NCBI GenBank assembly: GCA_977017575.1 | Contig: CDRNVI010000049.1 | Coordinates: 124,001-188,000, forward strand | Length of the DNA: 64,000 nt | Direction of reading: 5' to 3' | Source of the DNA: Paramoeba atlantica | Lineage: Eukaryota; Protista; Discosea | Shown: positions 1 to 9,364 of the stretch, in pieces | Layout: every line of letters begins with the position of its first letter | Position numbering within the stretch: position 1 is the stretch's first letter | The notes under the pieces: model-generated | The model's database searches: none | Seen by the model: the letters and a program-made list of their open reading frames with translations, nothing else | What the model was told of the DNA's origin: nothing | Position numbers and translations under genes: made by a program

Positions 1-2
1 TC

Positions 3-746
3 TTGCAAATTGCAGAAGCGCTATGGAGAGAAACTATTACTAAACAAAAAAACCTTGTTGGAAGGCAATCGGAACAGGCAATCAACTTAGAGATTGTCTT
101 TTCAAATATGAGCGAGAAGGAATCTAATGAGCTGGGCCAAATCTTCACAACTCCACTAGGAGTCGGTTGTTCGATATTTTCAATCACTATTTCGTCCCTC
201 ACATGCGCGGAATACGCGATCAGAAAATGTAAAGCTTTTTCAGAAGAATATTCAGCATGTGGAATTCCGCTTGTTTGCGTGTTAGATCCTCAATCCTCAC
301 ACAGACTCACTGAAGAAATTTTTCCTACGGATGATAAACATGCTGAGACTTCTTCACTACTTGTATTATCCGTAGGTGGCATTCTAGGGGCTCATCCTAT
401 GGATGGACGAACTTATCGTGAATTGACCTCTACTTTTGGAGAAGCTCTTCATTCTAGTGTTCAGCGCGAATATTTCAAACTTTGCACGGCTCACCTAGGA
501 CATAAGCAAATGACCACAGATACTGCAGCGATAGTTGCGCTGAAAGTTATTTTGCAAGAAGCGAAACTAGAAGGGCTTGAATACGTCGATGATCCAAAAT
601 TTCGTCTGTCCAAAATAGAATCTATAAAAATGAACGGATTTAGGTATCTTTGTGACTCGAATAGAAAAGATCTCACGCGTCGAACAGCTCTTTTGCCGAA
701 AGGCATGCTTGACTACTGGAAATCCGAAGATTTTACTTTGAATTAA
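3..746 (+). CDS. SFM1: SPOUT-family methyltransferase, Sfm1-like (5' end probably outside the window)
   Basis: Motifs GGILGAHPMDGRT, LGHKQMTTDTA and YVDDPKFRLSKIESIKMNGFRY match the recalled Sfm1 pattern GGILGDHPPRDRT ... LGxKQMTTDTA ... PEF ... MPFRY. The ORF is open to the window edge. Confidence 0.8.
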   Translation: MQIAEALWRETITKQKNLVGRQSEQAINLEIVFSNMSEKESNELGQIFTTPLGVGCSIFSITISSLTCAEYAIRKCKAFSEEYSACGIPLVCVLDPQSSHRLTEEIFPTDDKHAETSSLLVLSVGGILGAHPMDGRTYRELTSTFGEALHSSVQREYFKLCTAHLGHKQMTTDTAAIVALKVILQEAKLEGLEYVDDPKFRLSKIESIKMNGFRYLCDSNRKDLTRRTALLPKGMLDYWKSEDFTLN

Positions 747-774
747 AGCCGCACAAGAGTAATAGCTAGAAGTA

Positions 775-986
775 CTGTGCCCCCCACTTCTTTTTCGTAG
801 TCCCCCCCACCTGAATTGTCCTTTTTGACGAAACTGGGCATGAGGCTTTATCCGAACGCTTTGGAGATTCCTAAAATAATGAAAAAAAGTTTGGGACCTT
901 TGTTTCATCTAACCAAATAAATTGACCCCCCCACTTAATTGTTCTTTTTTCGAAAAAGTGGTGACAAATAAGTGGGGGGGGCACTG
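775..986. mobile_element. MITE-like non-autonomous Tc1/mariner-type element (212 bp)
   Basis: Imperfect TIRs C(T/A)GTGCCCCCC(CC)ACTT at 775 and ending 986, with TA on the left and TG on the right. Internal direct repeat CCCCCCAC.T.AATTGT.CTTTTT at ~802 and ~926. Confidence 0.6.
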
Positions 987-1603
987 TGCTTTTTTTTGAG
1001 TTTCTTTATCTTTACCAGGGGGCATGGATGACTCCAACTCGTCGCAGAAGTGTCTAAAAGGGTGACTACGAGTTTGGGATTCATAGTTTTAGCACTTTGG
1101 CGCATGAGTCATGTACAGAAGTCGAATACTCAAATTTGTAAACTCTTTCAGGGAATCTAGTGAATTCTGGGTATCGAAGTGCGATATCGGGTGAGGCACC
1201 GTTTACTTGCCTTCTCAACGTTTATCTCTGGAGGCTGATACCGTCGGGCGACTGAAAGTCTGTTGTTTCAGTAACATTGATTCGCATATTGTTTAGCGCA
1301 TCATTTTCCTTATCCTGAAAACACGACCACAGGGAAAAAAATCGAAAGTCACACGAAAAAACTGAAATCAATTCATTGTTTCAATAATGGAATTTTAATA
1401 ATAAATTAATTTAGCGCTTGTTAACAATAAACGAATATTAACAATAAACGAATCATTCTTTAAATCCTTGCAAAACGTCAAGTCTTGCCAATCGGGGAGT
1501 TTTTTCCCTTTGCACTTTCGTTTCTGAGATTCACAGTTTCTAATCTCTATCTCTACCGTTTACTTCAAAAAATACCGTTTACTCGTTTATACATCACGAA
1601 TTC

Positions 1604-3751
1604 ATGGAGTCTTTTTGCGGCGACAAGGACGCACTGCAATCGTACCTTCATGAAGCGTTCGCTACTATCGAAGCGTGTTCCAAAGCAGCGGCTCAGCTTC
1701 CTCGTGGGGACGAGTTCGACTACGCGAGTGTCTTCGAAGAGTTTTCCACCCCGATACAGCAAAGCACGGAGGCTCTTGTTCAAGTACTACGGTCTTTGTG
1801 GGGGTCGCACTTAGGAGAAAACAGTGAAGTTTTGCAGTCCATTCGAAGCACTCAAAACGCTGCCACACTGCAGTCGATCGTGCTGCAAGGATTGCGCACG
1901 ATGCTAGAAAACGTAGATACCTGTCTCGATGAACTCTCGGGACAGAAAATGAAAGGCGGCGATCAAGAGGCTCTTCAGTTCGACAATAATCAGACTGCCT
2001 CGACGGTGCCAGAGACTAAGACAACCCGCATCAAATTGGATCCACCTCCTGACAATAGCAATACCCCTTTTCGCCCTCTTTTATGGAACCCCGATGGGAC
2101 CTACACCCGAGGCGACCCCGATACTCACCCCTACGAGGACCTCATTCGAGACTGGGTTATCCCCCCCGGTCACCTCCTCAAAACCACCGAAACCCCTCCC
2201 GCCCCTTTAGCCACCACCCCTTGCCACTTCCTCACCACGGAACCCGAAATCACCCGCCTCGCCGCCACCCTCGCCTCCCTCCCCGCCTTCGCCGTGGACC
2301 TCGAGCACCACGCCCTCTACTCCTACCAAGGCGTCACCTGCCTGATGCAAATCAGCACCCGCACCTCCGACTACCTCCTCGACACCCTCCTCACCCGCCC
2401 CTTCCTCCACCACCTCGCCCCCCTCTTCCTCTCCCCCACCATCACCAAAGTCTTCCACGGCGCCCGGGAGGACATCCAGTGGCTCCAGCGCGACTTTGGG
2501 CTCTACGTCTGCAACCTCTTCGACACCGGCCAAGCCCTCGCCGCGCTCCACTACCCCCAGAGCCTCTCCTACCTGCTGAAACACTTCTGCGACGTCGCCC
2601 CGGACAAGTCGTTTCAGCTCGCGGACTGGAGGACCCGGCCGCTTACCCCGGCCATGGTCGCCTACGCCCGAGGGGACACCCACTACCTGCTGTACTGCCA
2701 CGACAGGCTGCGGAACCTGTTGCTGGGGGAGGGGGGGGCCCCCGCGAGCAGTACCGTGGTGGTCGGCAACCTGTGCCGCCACGTGTGGGAGATGTCCCGC
2801 GGGTTGTGCCTGAGGCGGTACGAGAAGGGGGCGGGGGGGAGCCCGGTGGAGGGGGTGTGTGACGCCGTGCTGGGGAGGCACTACGGGGGGATGGGGTACC
2901 GGCAGGTCGCGGTGACCCGGGGGGTGTACCGGTGGCGGGAGGAGAGGGCGCGGGGGGAGGATGTGAGTCCCGGGGTGGTGCTGTCGAATGCGGCGGTGGT
3001 GCGGGTGGGGTATGGGGTGCCGCGGGAGGAGGAGGAGTTGGTGAGGTTGTGTGGGCCAGGGTACCGCGGGGGGGGAGAGAAAGGGGTGGAGGAGTTGTTG
3101 GAGGTGGTGAGGAGGGCGGCGGAGGAGGCGGTGGAGGGGGAGGTGCCGGGGGGTGGGGGGGTGGGGGAGGAAGCGGGGGTGGGGTATGGGGGTGGGACGC
3201 GACGTGGGGGGTTTGTTTTTGATCCGAGTCTGTCGAAGGTGCATGTGCCACGTTCAGGGACGTTGCCGAGTATTGAAGGTGTTCCTCCGTTGTTTGGTTT
3301 TGGAGAAGACGGAACAACGAAGGAAAGTCTCGTATCGAATTTAGCGAAAGGCTCTCCTGGTGAGGATAAAACATCTTGTAGCTCTTTGTTTGCCGCTTAC
3401 GAGTATTTACAAAAGGTGCACGGAGAAGCAGAGCTAGCAAAACTTCAGGCACTGAGTTCTCAGTTGTCTTCAGTGGCGGCGAAATCCCGAACGCGTCGCC
3501 GTGTGCTGGAACGTCTGGCGAAGAAGAATACGGAGGAGCCAAAGGTTGAGATTTTGGTACCTAAACCTGAGGTCGAACTCAAGGACGAAATTGCAATCGA
3601 AATGCTTCCTGAAACTGAGGAAAATAAAGAATCGGGGGATGTAGTGGCAGACACTGTTCCCCTTACTATGCGGGAGCGCTATGGAGCTCAAGTCGGGCCA
3701 GACGGTCGGCGCCCGAAACGGAAAGCTGCGACGTGGTATCAACAAGCATAG
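1604..3751 (+). CDS. RRP6: Exosome-associated 3'-5' exoribonuclease RRP6
   Basis: DEDDy motifs FAVDLEHH..YSYQGVTCLMQISTR, HGAREDIQWLQRDFGLYVCNLFDT and LADWRTRPL...YARGDTHYLL. N-terminal PMC2NT-like region and HRDC-like VYRWREERARGEDVSPGVVLSN. Confidence 0.96.
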   Translation: MESFCGDKDALQSYLHEAFATIEACSKAAAQLPRGDEFDYASVFEEFSTPIQQSTEALVQVLRSLWGSHLGENSEVLQSIRSTQNAATLQSIVLQGLRTMLENVDTCLDELSGQKMKGGDQEALQFDNNQTASTVPETKTTRIKLDPPPDNSNTPFRPLLWNPDGTYTRGDPDTHPYEDLIRDWVIPPGHLLKTTETPPAPLATTPCHFLTTEPEITRLAATLASLPAFAVDLEHHALYSYQGVTCLMQISTRTSDYLLDTLLTRPFLHHLAPLFLSPTITKVFHGAREDIQWLQRDFGLYVCNLFDTGQALAALHYPQSLSYLLKHFCDVAPDKSFQLADWRTRPLTPAMVAYARGDTHYLLYCHDRLRNLLLGEGGAPASSTVVVGNLCRHVWEMSRGLCLRRYEKGAGGSPVEGVCDAVLGRHYGGMGYRQVAVTRGVYRWREERARGEDVSPGVVLSNAAVVRVGYGVPREEEELVRLCGPGYRGGGEKGVEELLEVVRRAAEEAVEGEVPGGGGVGEEAGVGYGGGTRRGGFVFDPSLSKVHVPRSGTLPSIEGVPPLFGFGEDGTTKESLVSNLAKGSPGEDKTSCSSLFAAYEYLQKVHGEAELAKLQALSSQLSSVAAKSRTRRRVLERLAKKNTEEPKVEILVPKPEVELKDEIAIEMLPETEENKESGDVVADTVPLTMRERYGAQVGPDGRRPKRKAATWYQQA

Positions 3752-4082
3752 GGGAAAGGGTGTATGATTTCGAAGTGCCCCCTAGCTAGGAGACCTTCAG
3801 TTGTCAAAGCAAAGGAGTTACACCGAGTCTTAACGCATTCGCATCCTTGTGTTGTATTATTCAATAAGATATTCTCAAACCGAAATTTATCGTCTATCGT
3901 TAATGGCATGTTATAGAGAGGCTAATGCTAAGAAGTCTACAATTTGTTTTCCAAAAGAGTGTAGAAAAATGGAAGCTATCCTATTCTCATGTTTTTACGG
4001 TGTAGTGTCACGAGAAAATGTGTTGCACAGGATAGTTTAGCTTTTTTTAAATTTCAGTGTATTCGAAAATTATTATACTCGA

Positions 4083-4484
4083 ATGAGTGTCGCCGTGCCA
4101 CGTAATTTTCGACTTCTTACGGAACTTGAGAGCGGGGAAAAAGGTGGAGATGGCTATACATCATATGGGTTAAAGTCTCTTGAAGATACGATGTTGCATT
4201 ATTGGTCAGGCACCATATTAGGACCCGCAGGAACGCCTTTTGAAAATCAAATTTATTCGCTTGACATTTATTGTGACGATTCGTATCCTGATAAACCTCC
4301 CCAGATACGCTTTATTACCCCGATTTCCCTTGCTTGTGTGGATAACAGAGGAAATGTGACGTCAAACTTCGCTTTGTTTAAAAAATGGAAGGAAGAATGG
4401 ACTCTTTCGAAATGTTTATCGTCCCTCCGCTCTGAGATGCTAAGCACCAAGAACAGAAAACTAAGGCAGCCCCGGGAATCCTAG
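4083..4484 (+). CDS. UEV1: Ubiquitin-conjugating enzyme E2 variant (UEV1/MMS2)
   Basis: VPRNFRLLTELESGEKG..DG..SYGL and W.GTILGP.GT.FEN.IYSL.IYCDD.YPDKPP; no catalytic Cys at the E2 position. Confidence 0.93.
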   Translation: MSVAVPRNFRLLTELESGEKGGDGYTSYGLKSLEDTMLHYWSGTILGPAGTPFENQIYSLDIYCDDSYPDKPPQIRFITPISLACVDNRGNVTSNFALFKKWKEEWTLSKCLSSLRSEMLSTKNRKLRQPRES

Positions 4485-4790
4485 CTCCGGTATCTCGGAC
4501 AAGGAGTTGAGTCCTCTGTTATAGACTACAATCAAATAGGCTATTCGATTTGGTCAATGTGACTCACTGTGACTTCGCTTTCCCTATTTTCTTCCACGTT
4601 TACAGTATAGTGTGTGCAGTGCTGTAGAGTAAAGTTTCCCCCAATTCATATCTTGGCCTTTCGTATGCTATGATCGACGCTTTTATTTGTGCGCCTATCT
4701 TCTAGTTTTGACAATGGCAGGATTTGAAAATCTAGGAAAATTGAGACGCAAAACAAACGAAGTATGTTGGATTTATAGTTTAGAATTTGA

Positions 4791-4817
4791 TTTTACCATT
4801 TTTTTCAGTTTCTCAGA
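4791..4817 (+). promoter_or_regulatory. Probable trans-splice acceptor (polypyrimidine tract plus AG) upstream of the SDH4-like gene
   Basis: TTTTACCATTTTTTTCAGTTTCTCAG immediately before the ATG at 4818. Similar tracts precede several other genes. Confidence 0.5.
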
Positions 4818-5231
4818 ATGAAATCTTTTCTGCAACCTAGGATGAGCACGCCGTCAGCTAACATGTTGTCCTTTTGTGGTACGCGGCGTCATCCTTTAAT
4901 CCACACGGCACCCTCGCTGGTTACCTGTTCGCGATCAGTTTCAGCCATCTCCACAACTTGCGCAGCTCTGAGCGAAGGCTTATATCAACATTTCGTGCTA
5001 GGATGGTATCCGTTTCCTCATGCTGGAGAGCTGTTGCTATCTCCATACGGCTCTATAGCTTGGCTCGCGTTGGGATATAACTTAAGTGTCACAGGACCGC
5101 ATCACATACAATACACCGTAGATATGTTTATCCGAGATTACATTCAAGATCCCGTACTCTGTATTGTTCTTCGCTATCTACTTATACTCTCTATGATTGC
5201 TCTGATTCTTCAGATAGTCATTGAAGTGTAA
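4818..5231 (+). CDS. SDH4: Succinate dehydrogenase membrane anchor subunit SDH4 (CybS)-like
   Basis: Presequence-like N-terminus, hydrophobic helices, and H-IQYTVDMFIR-DY, the HX10DY motif of SDH4 anchors. Confidence 0.65.
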   Translation: MKSFLQPRMSTPSANMLSFCGTRRHPLIHTAPSLVTCSRSVSAISTTCAALSEGLYQHFVLGWYPFPHAGELLLSPYGSIAWLALGYNLSVTGPHHIQYTVDMFIRDYIQDPVLCIVLRYLLILSMIALILQIVIEV

Positions 5232-5615
5232 TATTGTAAACCCTGGAGTATTTAAATTTGAGGACTCATGAGTAAACAGCGTACACAAACATCAAAAACT
5301 TTTTTTATCGAACCATTTTTCCCCAAACTTTGTTTTTACGAATATCAGCGTTTTTATAACAATTGTTCAGTATGCAACACACGGATATGTAGCCACCTAC
5401 TACGCTCTTTCTCATCCCAAATAAATCTCTAATATTACTAATTCATCACACTTCCTCATCCAAAAAATGTATCCTGTGTGTTTCTTCGACGTATAGTAGT
5501 GTCACCTTTACCCCTGCTTTTTTCAGTCCACTAGACTCTCCCCCACACCCCCACCATCCACCTCACACCTTCTTCCTCCTCCTTATCTCTCCATCTCTTT
5601 CTTTCTCCTTCCCCC

Positions 5616-6839
5616 ATGTCCACCTACGACCGTGCCCTCACCGTCTTCTCCCCCGATGGCCATCTCTTCCAAGTCGAGTACGCCCGGGAGGCCGTCCACA
5701 AAGGAGCCGCCGCACTCGGTCTCACAACCCCATCCGCCGTAATCCTCGCCGTCGAGGTCCGAACCAACGCTTCAAGCTCGACAACTCCAAGCTCTACAAG
5801 TTCTAACGCTACAAATTCGAACGCCACAAATTCGAACACTACAACTTCAAGCTCTACAACTTCAAGCTCTACAACTTCAAGCTCTACAAATTCAAGCTCT
5901 ACAAATTCAAGCTCTACAAGTTCGAGCTCTATAACTTCTAGCACTGCAACTTCCCATTCAACAAATTTGAACGCCACAACTTTAAACACTACCCCTTCAA
6001 ACGCCACAACTTCAAACGCCACAACTTCAACCTCCACAGCTTCCAGCTCCTCAACCCCCCCAACTTCGAAATTGAACGCCTCACCTCTCACAACTTCCCC
6101 TTCTTCTTCTTCTTCTTCCCCTTCTTCTTCTTCCCCCTCTTCTTCCTCCCCCTCCTCCCTATCCCTCCGCCTCCCCCGCCCCCTCCCCCCCAAGATCTCC
6201 CGGGTCAACGGCTCCACCTTCCTGGCCTTCGCCGGGCTGCTCGCCGACGCCCGCGCGCTCCTCGACCTCACCCGCCTCGAGGCCGCGACCTTCACGCTGG
6301 AGTACGGCGAGCCCCCGCCGGTGGGGCTGCTGGCACGGCGGGTCGCGGAGACCCAGCAGCGGTACACCCAGAGGGGGGGGAGACGCCCGTTCGGGGTGTC
6401 GACCCTGATCGCGGGGTGGGGGGAGGGGGAGGGGGAGGGGGGGGGTGCAACAACAACAGGGGGAAGAACCACAGGGGGTACAGCTACCCTCACCCCGCGG
6501 TTGTTTCGTACGGAACCTGCGGGGGGGGTGGGGGAGTGGCAGGCGTGTGCGATTGGTCACGGGGAGAAGGCGGTGATGGAGGTGTTGGAGGGGAGGTATC
6601 GGGGGGGGATGACGGAGCGGGAGGGGGTGGAGCTCGCGGTGCGGGCGTTGTTGGAGGTGGTGGAGAGCTCGAGTGGGCGGAATGTGGAGGTGCTGGTGAT
6701 GGGAAAACCCGGGGAGGGGGAGGGGGAGGGGAAGGAGGTGGGGCGGTTTTTGGAGGCGGGGGAGTTGCAGAAGGTGGTGGAGGAGCAGGAGAGGGTGAGG
6801 GAGGCGGATAATGCGAAAAAGAAGAGGAGTATGGAGTGA
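5616..6839 (+). CDS. PSMA7: 20S proteasome subunit alpha-4 (PSMA7/PRE6) with a large Ser/Thr-rich insertion
   Basis: MSTYDRALTVFSPDGHLFQVEYAREAV, FAGLLADARALL and YTQRGGRRPFGVSTLIAG, then LFRTEPAG...W.ACAIG. About 135 aa of low-complexity sequence lies between LAVEVR and KISRV. Confidence 0.93.
   Translation: MSTYDRALTVFSPDGHLFQVEYAREAVHKGAAALGLTTPSAVILAVEVRTNASSSTTPSSTSSNATNSNATNSNTTTSSSTTSSSTTSSSTNSSSTNSSSTSSSSITSSTATSHSTNLNATTLNTTPSNATTSNATTSTSTASSSSTPPTSKLNASPLTTSPSSSSSSPSSSSPSSSSPSSLSLRLPRPLPPKISRVNGSTFLAFAGLLADARALLDLTRLEAATFTLEYGEPPPVGLLARRVAETQQRYTQRGGRRPFGVSTLIAGWGEGEGEGGGATTTGGRTTGGTATLTPRLFRTEPAGGVGEWQACAIGHGEKAVMEVLEGRYRGGMTEREGVELAVRALLEVVESSSGRNVEVLVMGKPGEGEGEGKEVGRFLEAGELQKVVEEQERVREADNAKKKRSME
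5764..6190 (+). repeat. Degenerate 15-bp coding tandem repeat (ACAACTTCAAGCTCT-like) followed by a (CTT)n/pyrimidine tract
   Basis: Repeated ACAACTTCAAGCTCT / ACAAATTCGAACGCC units at ~5780-6050 encoding TTSSS/TNSNA; nearly pure C/T from ~6090 to 6191. Confidence 0.85.
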
Positions 6840-7111
6840 GTTCAGTTTTCTGTTGTGCGAGATCAGGCTCGGGAGAAGAATGACAGGGGGGAGGAAAGGT
6901 TGAAGCGTCCTCGGACGTAATCATTTCGTGTTTTATTTTAATTGACAATTTTGTGCAAGTACGTGATGTAGGCGCATACTCGAAAAACGTTAGCATTTGT
7001 AGTTTGCATTGAAAGATTTTCAATTGCTGAGTTATAGAAAACTACAAATCGATTCACACGCGCTAATCGGAAGTATATCTTTTATTAAAAGACTTTCAAC
7101 ACTCGCTTCAT

Positions 7112-8092
7112 ATGATAAATCATTTCTTAGAAATTTCTTTACTTTTCGATCGTGAGATGGTAGCCAATGCCGAGAAGGACGCAGCGGCGGCAACACAAGT
7201 GGCTCTCTCCCTACGACTCCTCGATTTAAGTTATCCCTATAACCACCGCCCCTACATCGCCCGTCGAGGTGTCCTCGACACCTTGACACGTTTCCTTGAG
7301 CAGGAGAATGTAGAGGTTCGTATAAATGCCGCCAAAACATTACTTCTGCTTAGTGAACACCCGGAGAACCCCGAGCTTATGTGTCGTGAGTCTGGACTGC
7401 TACAGGCTCTGCGCGTGGCTTACGAGTCCGTGCAAGAGGACGGTGTGAATGCTCCTGTCGGGAATCACGACAACGAAATCCAAACAGCCGAAAATAAAAC
7501 CCCTGAGGTTACCCTTCTACACAGCCTCTCCCAGGTGGTTCAGAACTTGGAAAATGCGCTGGAGGCGAAATTCGAATCCGAGGAATCGCCGTATATTGAA
7601 CCGTGCAGCGCTATGGTCTCAAAAAGGCCCACCGCCCGTGTGTCGCAAAGTCAACTACAAGACACACGAAAGTTAGTGCTCGACATTCCGTCGCTTATGT
7701 CAAGCAGCACAGACACTCTGGCGGATCTGCTTGAATCCGTCCGGGGGGTCATTTCCTTTACTATGAATTTGGACTCTCATGAAGTCACGCTGCATTTAAC
7801 CACTCCTACTCCGACATTGCTACGCTTACTGGAGGATCGGGGTTACTTAGCGGTAGTCCGATCGGACTTTTTCGTGAATGCCGGCCAAGGTGACACCCGT
7901 CGGGAATCTCTTCCTTCCTATTTACCCAGCAGGGGTCACTATGGTAGTAGCGGTAGGGACATGGGGAGTGTGGTACCGTACGGGGACCACTCTTTGGCGG
8001 CGCGAAGAAGACGGCGGCGAAGACGACGGACAAGGGAGGCCGAGGAGCACTCCGGGGGCCTTTTGCAACGAATTGCATCTGTGTTTTGGTAA
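7112..8092 (+). CDS. Armadillo-repeat protein, ARMC1-like (ARM plus HMA-like domain)
   Basis: NHRPYIARRGVLDTLTRFLEQENVEVRINAAKTLLLLSEHPEN ARM unit; RKLVLDIPSL...SVRGVISFTMN resembles the ARMC1 HMA-like segment. The start may be ATG 7157. Confidence 0.7.
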   Translation: MINHFLEISLLFDREMVANAEKDAAAATQVALSLRLLDLSYPYNHRPYIARRGVLDTLTRFLEQENVEVRINAAKTLLLLSEHPENPELMCRESGLLQALRVAYESVQEDGVNAPVGNHDNEIQTAENKTPEVTLLHSLSQVVQNLENALEAKFESEESPYIEPCSAMVSKRPTARVSQSQLQDTRKLVLDIPSLMSSSTDTLADLLESVRGVISFTMNLDSHEVTLHLTTPTPTLLRLLEDRGYLAVVRSDFFVNAGQGDTRRESLPSYLPSRGHYGSSGRDMGSVVPYGDHSLAARRRRRRRRRTREAEEHSGGLLQRIASVFW

Positions 8093-8392
8093 TCAGACAC
8101 AGCGACTGCGGTCAAAGAGTAAAATAAAACGGGTATTTAGGCCCACTTTTTAGATAGTTCCTCTACGATAGCTTCATTAGATAGTTTATTGTCCATTACT
8201 TTTGTAAGTTACCTTTTTCTTGCAATATACGTAACATAAAGAGGTCAAAAACGTTTTCTCACATTCTTTTTATTTAAATATTTGACCTCCATATCTCTTC
8301 CTTCACCAAACGGTTTAGTCCAAACCATTTACATTTTTATCTCTCCTTTATTTCCTCCCCTAGACCTTTCTACCTCCTCCTCTCACCCTCCC

Positions 8393-9364
8393 ATGACCCC
8401 CCTCCTCCCCTCTCTCCCCTCCCGGGACGCTCCCCTCCCTAACGGTCACCCCTACAAACGCCGAAAAGTTGATTCTTCCTCGACGAGCTCAACCTCTTCT
8501 TCGTCTTCTTCCTCTTCTTCTGCTTCCCTCCCCCTCCGCGTCTACTCCCGTCGTGGTCGTCTCCGTGGCGCCCTCCTGGCCTCCGAGTACCAGCTCGCTC
8601 GATTCGTGCAGCGACTCCAAACCTCCCCGGAGATCTGGGAAAAGCGACACGGCGAGCCCTGCACCTGGCCCGGGGTGAACTGCGACAGCGGACAGAAAGT
8701 CATCGCCGTGGATTGGTGCCATCAAACGCTTTCCGGTCCCCTCGCCTGGGGTAATCTCCCGGAAACCGTCACCGAGCTGCGTTTAGCGAGTAATCGGCTC
8801 ACCGGGGAGATCCCGTGGGAGGAGCTCCCAAGGGGAATGGTCACGGTGAATCTCCATGATAATGAATTCACGGGGCCGGTGAAAACGGAGGAACTCCCCT
8901 CAACGTTGTGCTACCTGGTGTTGTACAATAACAGGTTTAGTGGGGAGTTTGCGCTGGCCTCTCTCCCCGCAGGGGTGGTTACGCTGAGTGTAGGACATAA
9001 TGAGTTCCGCGGGGAGGTGGTGTTGGGAGCGCTTCCTCCCGCTTTGCAACATTTACGGCTGCATGACAACATGTTTAGCTCGGAAATCGATCTGTCGACG
9101 TTGCCTGACGCGCTTCGTACCCTGACACTGGACCATAATTTATTATGGGGTACACCGCAAATCGGAACTTTTCCACGACGCCTTTCCCGGGTGGAGTTGC
9201 AACATAACCAATTCAGTGGAGATCTGAAGCTTCCAAACCTTTCTCCTGAGCTACGCCTGGATTTGTCTTTTAACTGCTTCGGGAATATCACGCCTACCCG
9301 AAACTCCTCGAATGTAATCGTGGGCAACCAAGGGAAGACGAGGAGTAAGATGGACTGTGCATGA
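8393..9364 (+). CDS. Leucine-rich repeat protein (LRRNT cap plus plant-like LRRs)
   Basis: CTWPGVNCD..QKVIAVDW cap followed by ~8 repeats of LP..l..L.L..N.F.G. First ATG at 8393; the ORF is open from 8282. Confidence 0.88.
   Translation: MTPLLPSLPSRDAPLPNGHPYKRRKVDSSSTSSTSSSSSSSSSASLPLRVYSRRGRLRGALLASEYQLARFVQRLQTSPEIWEKRHGEPCTWPGVNCDSGQKVIAVDWCHQTLSGPLAWGNLPETVTELRLASNRLTGEIPWEELPRGMVTVNLHDNEFTGPVKTEELPSTLCYLVLYNNRFSGEFALASLPAGVVTLSVGHNEFRGEVVLGALPPALQHLRLHDNMFSSEIDLSTLPDALRTLTLDHNLLWGTPQIGTFPRRLSRVELQHNQFSGDLKLPNLSPELRLDLSFNCFGNITPTRNSSNVIVGNQGKTRSKMDCA

Noticed and set aside
1020-1330. Possible C/D snoRNA cluster between the MITE and RRP6
   Set aside because: Only partial box-like words are present, with no convincing C (RUGAUGA) and D (CUGA) pair with terminal stems.
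2083-3542. Long Pro-rich and Gly-rich alternative-frame and antisense ORFs over RRP6 (2083-2862, 2207-3244, 2643-3542), and similar ones over PSMA7, FH, CCT4 and RPE
   Set aside because: They are by-products of extreme C/G skew, which removes stop codons. They have no domain motifs and overlap well-supported genes.
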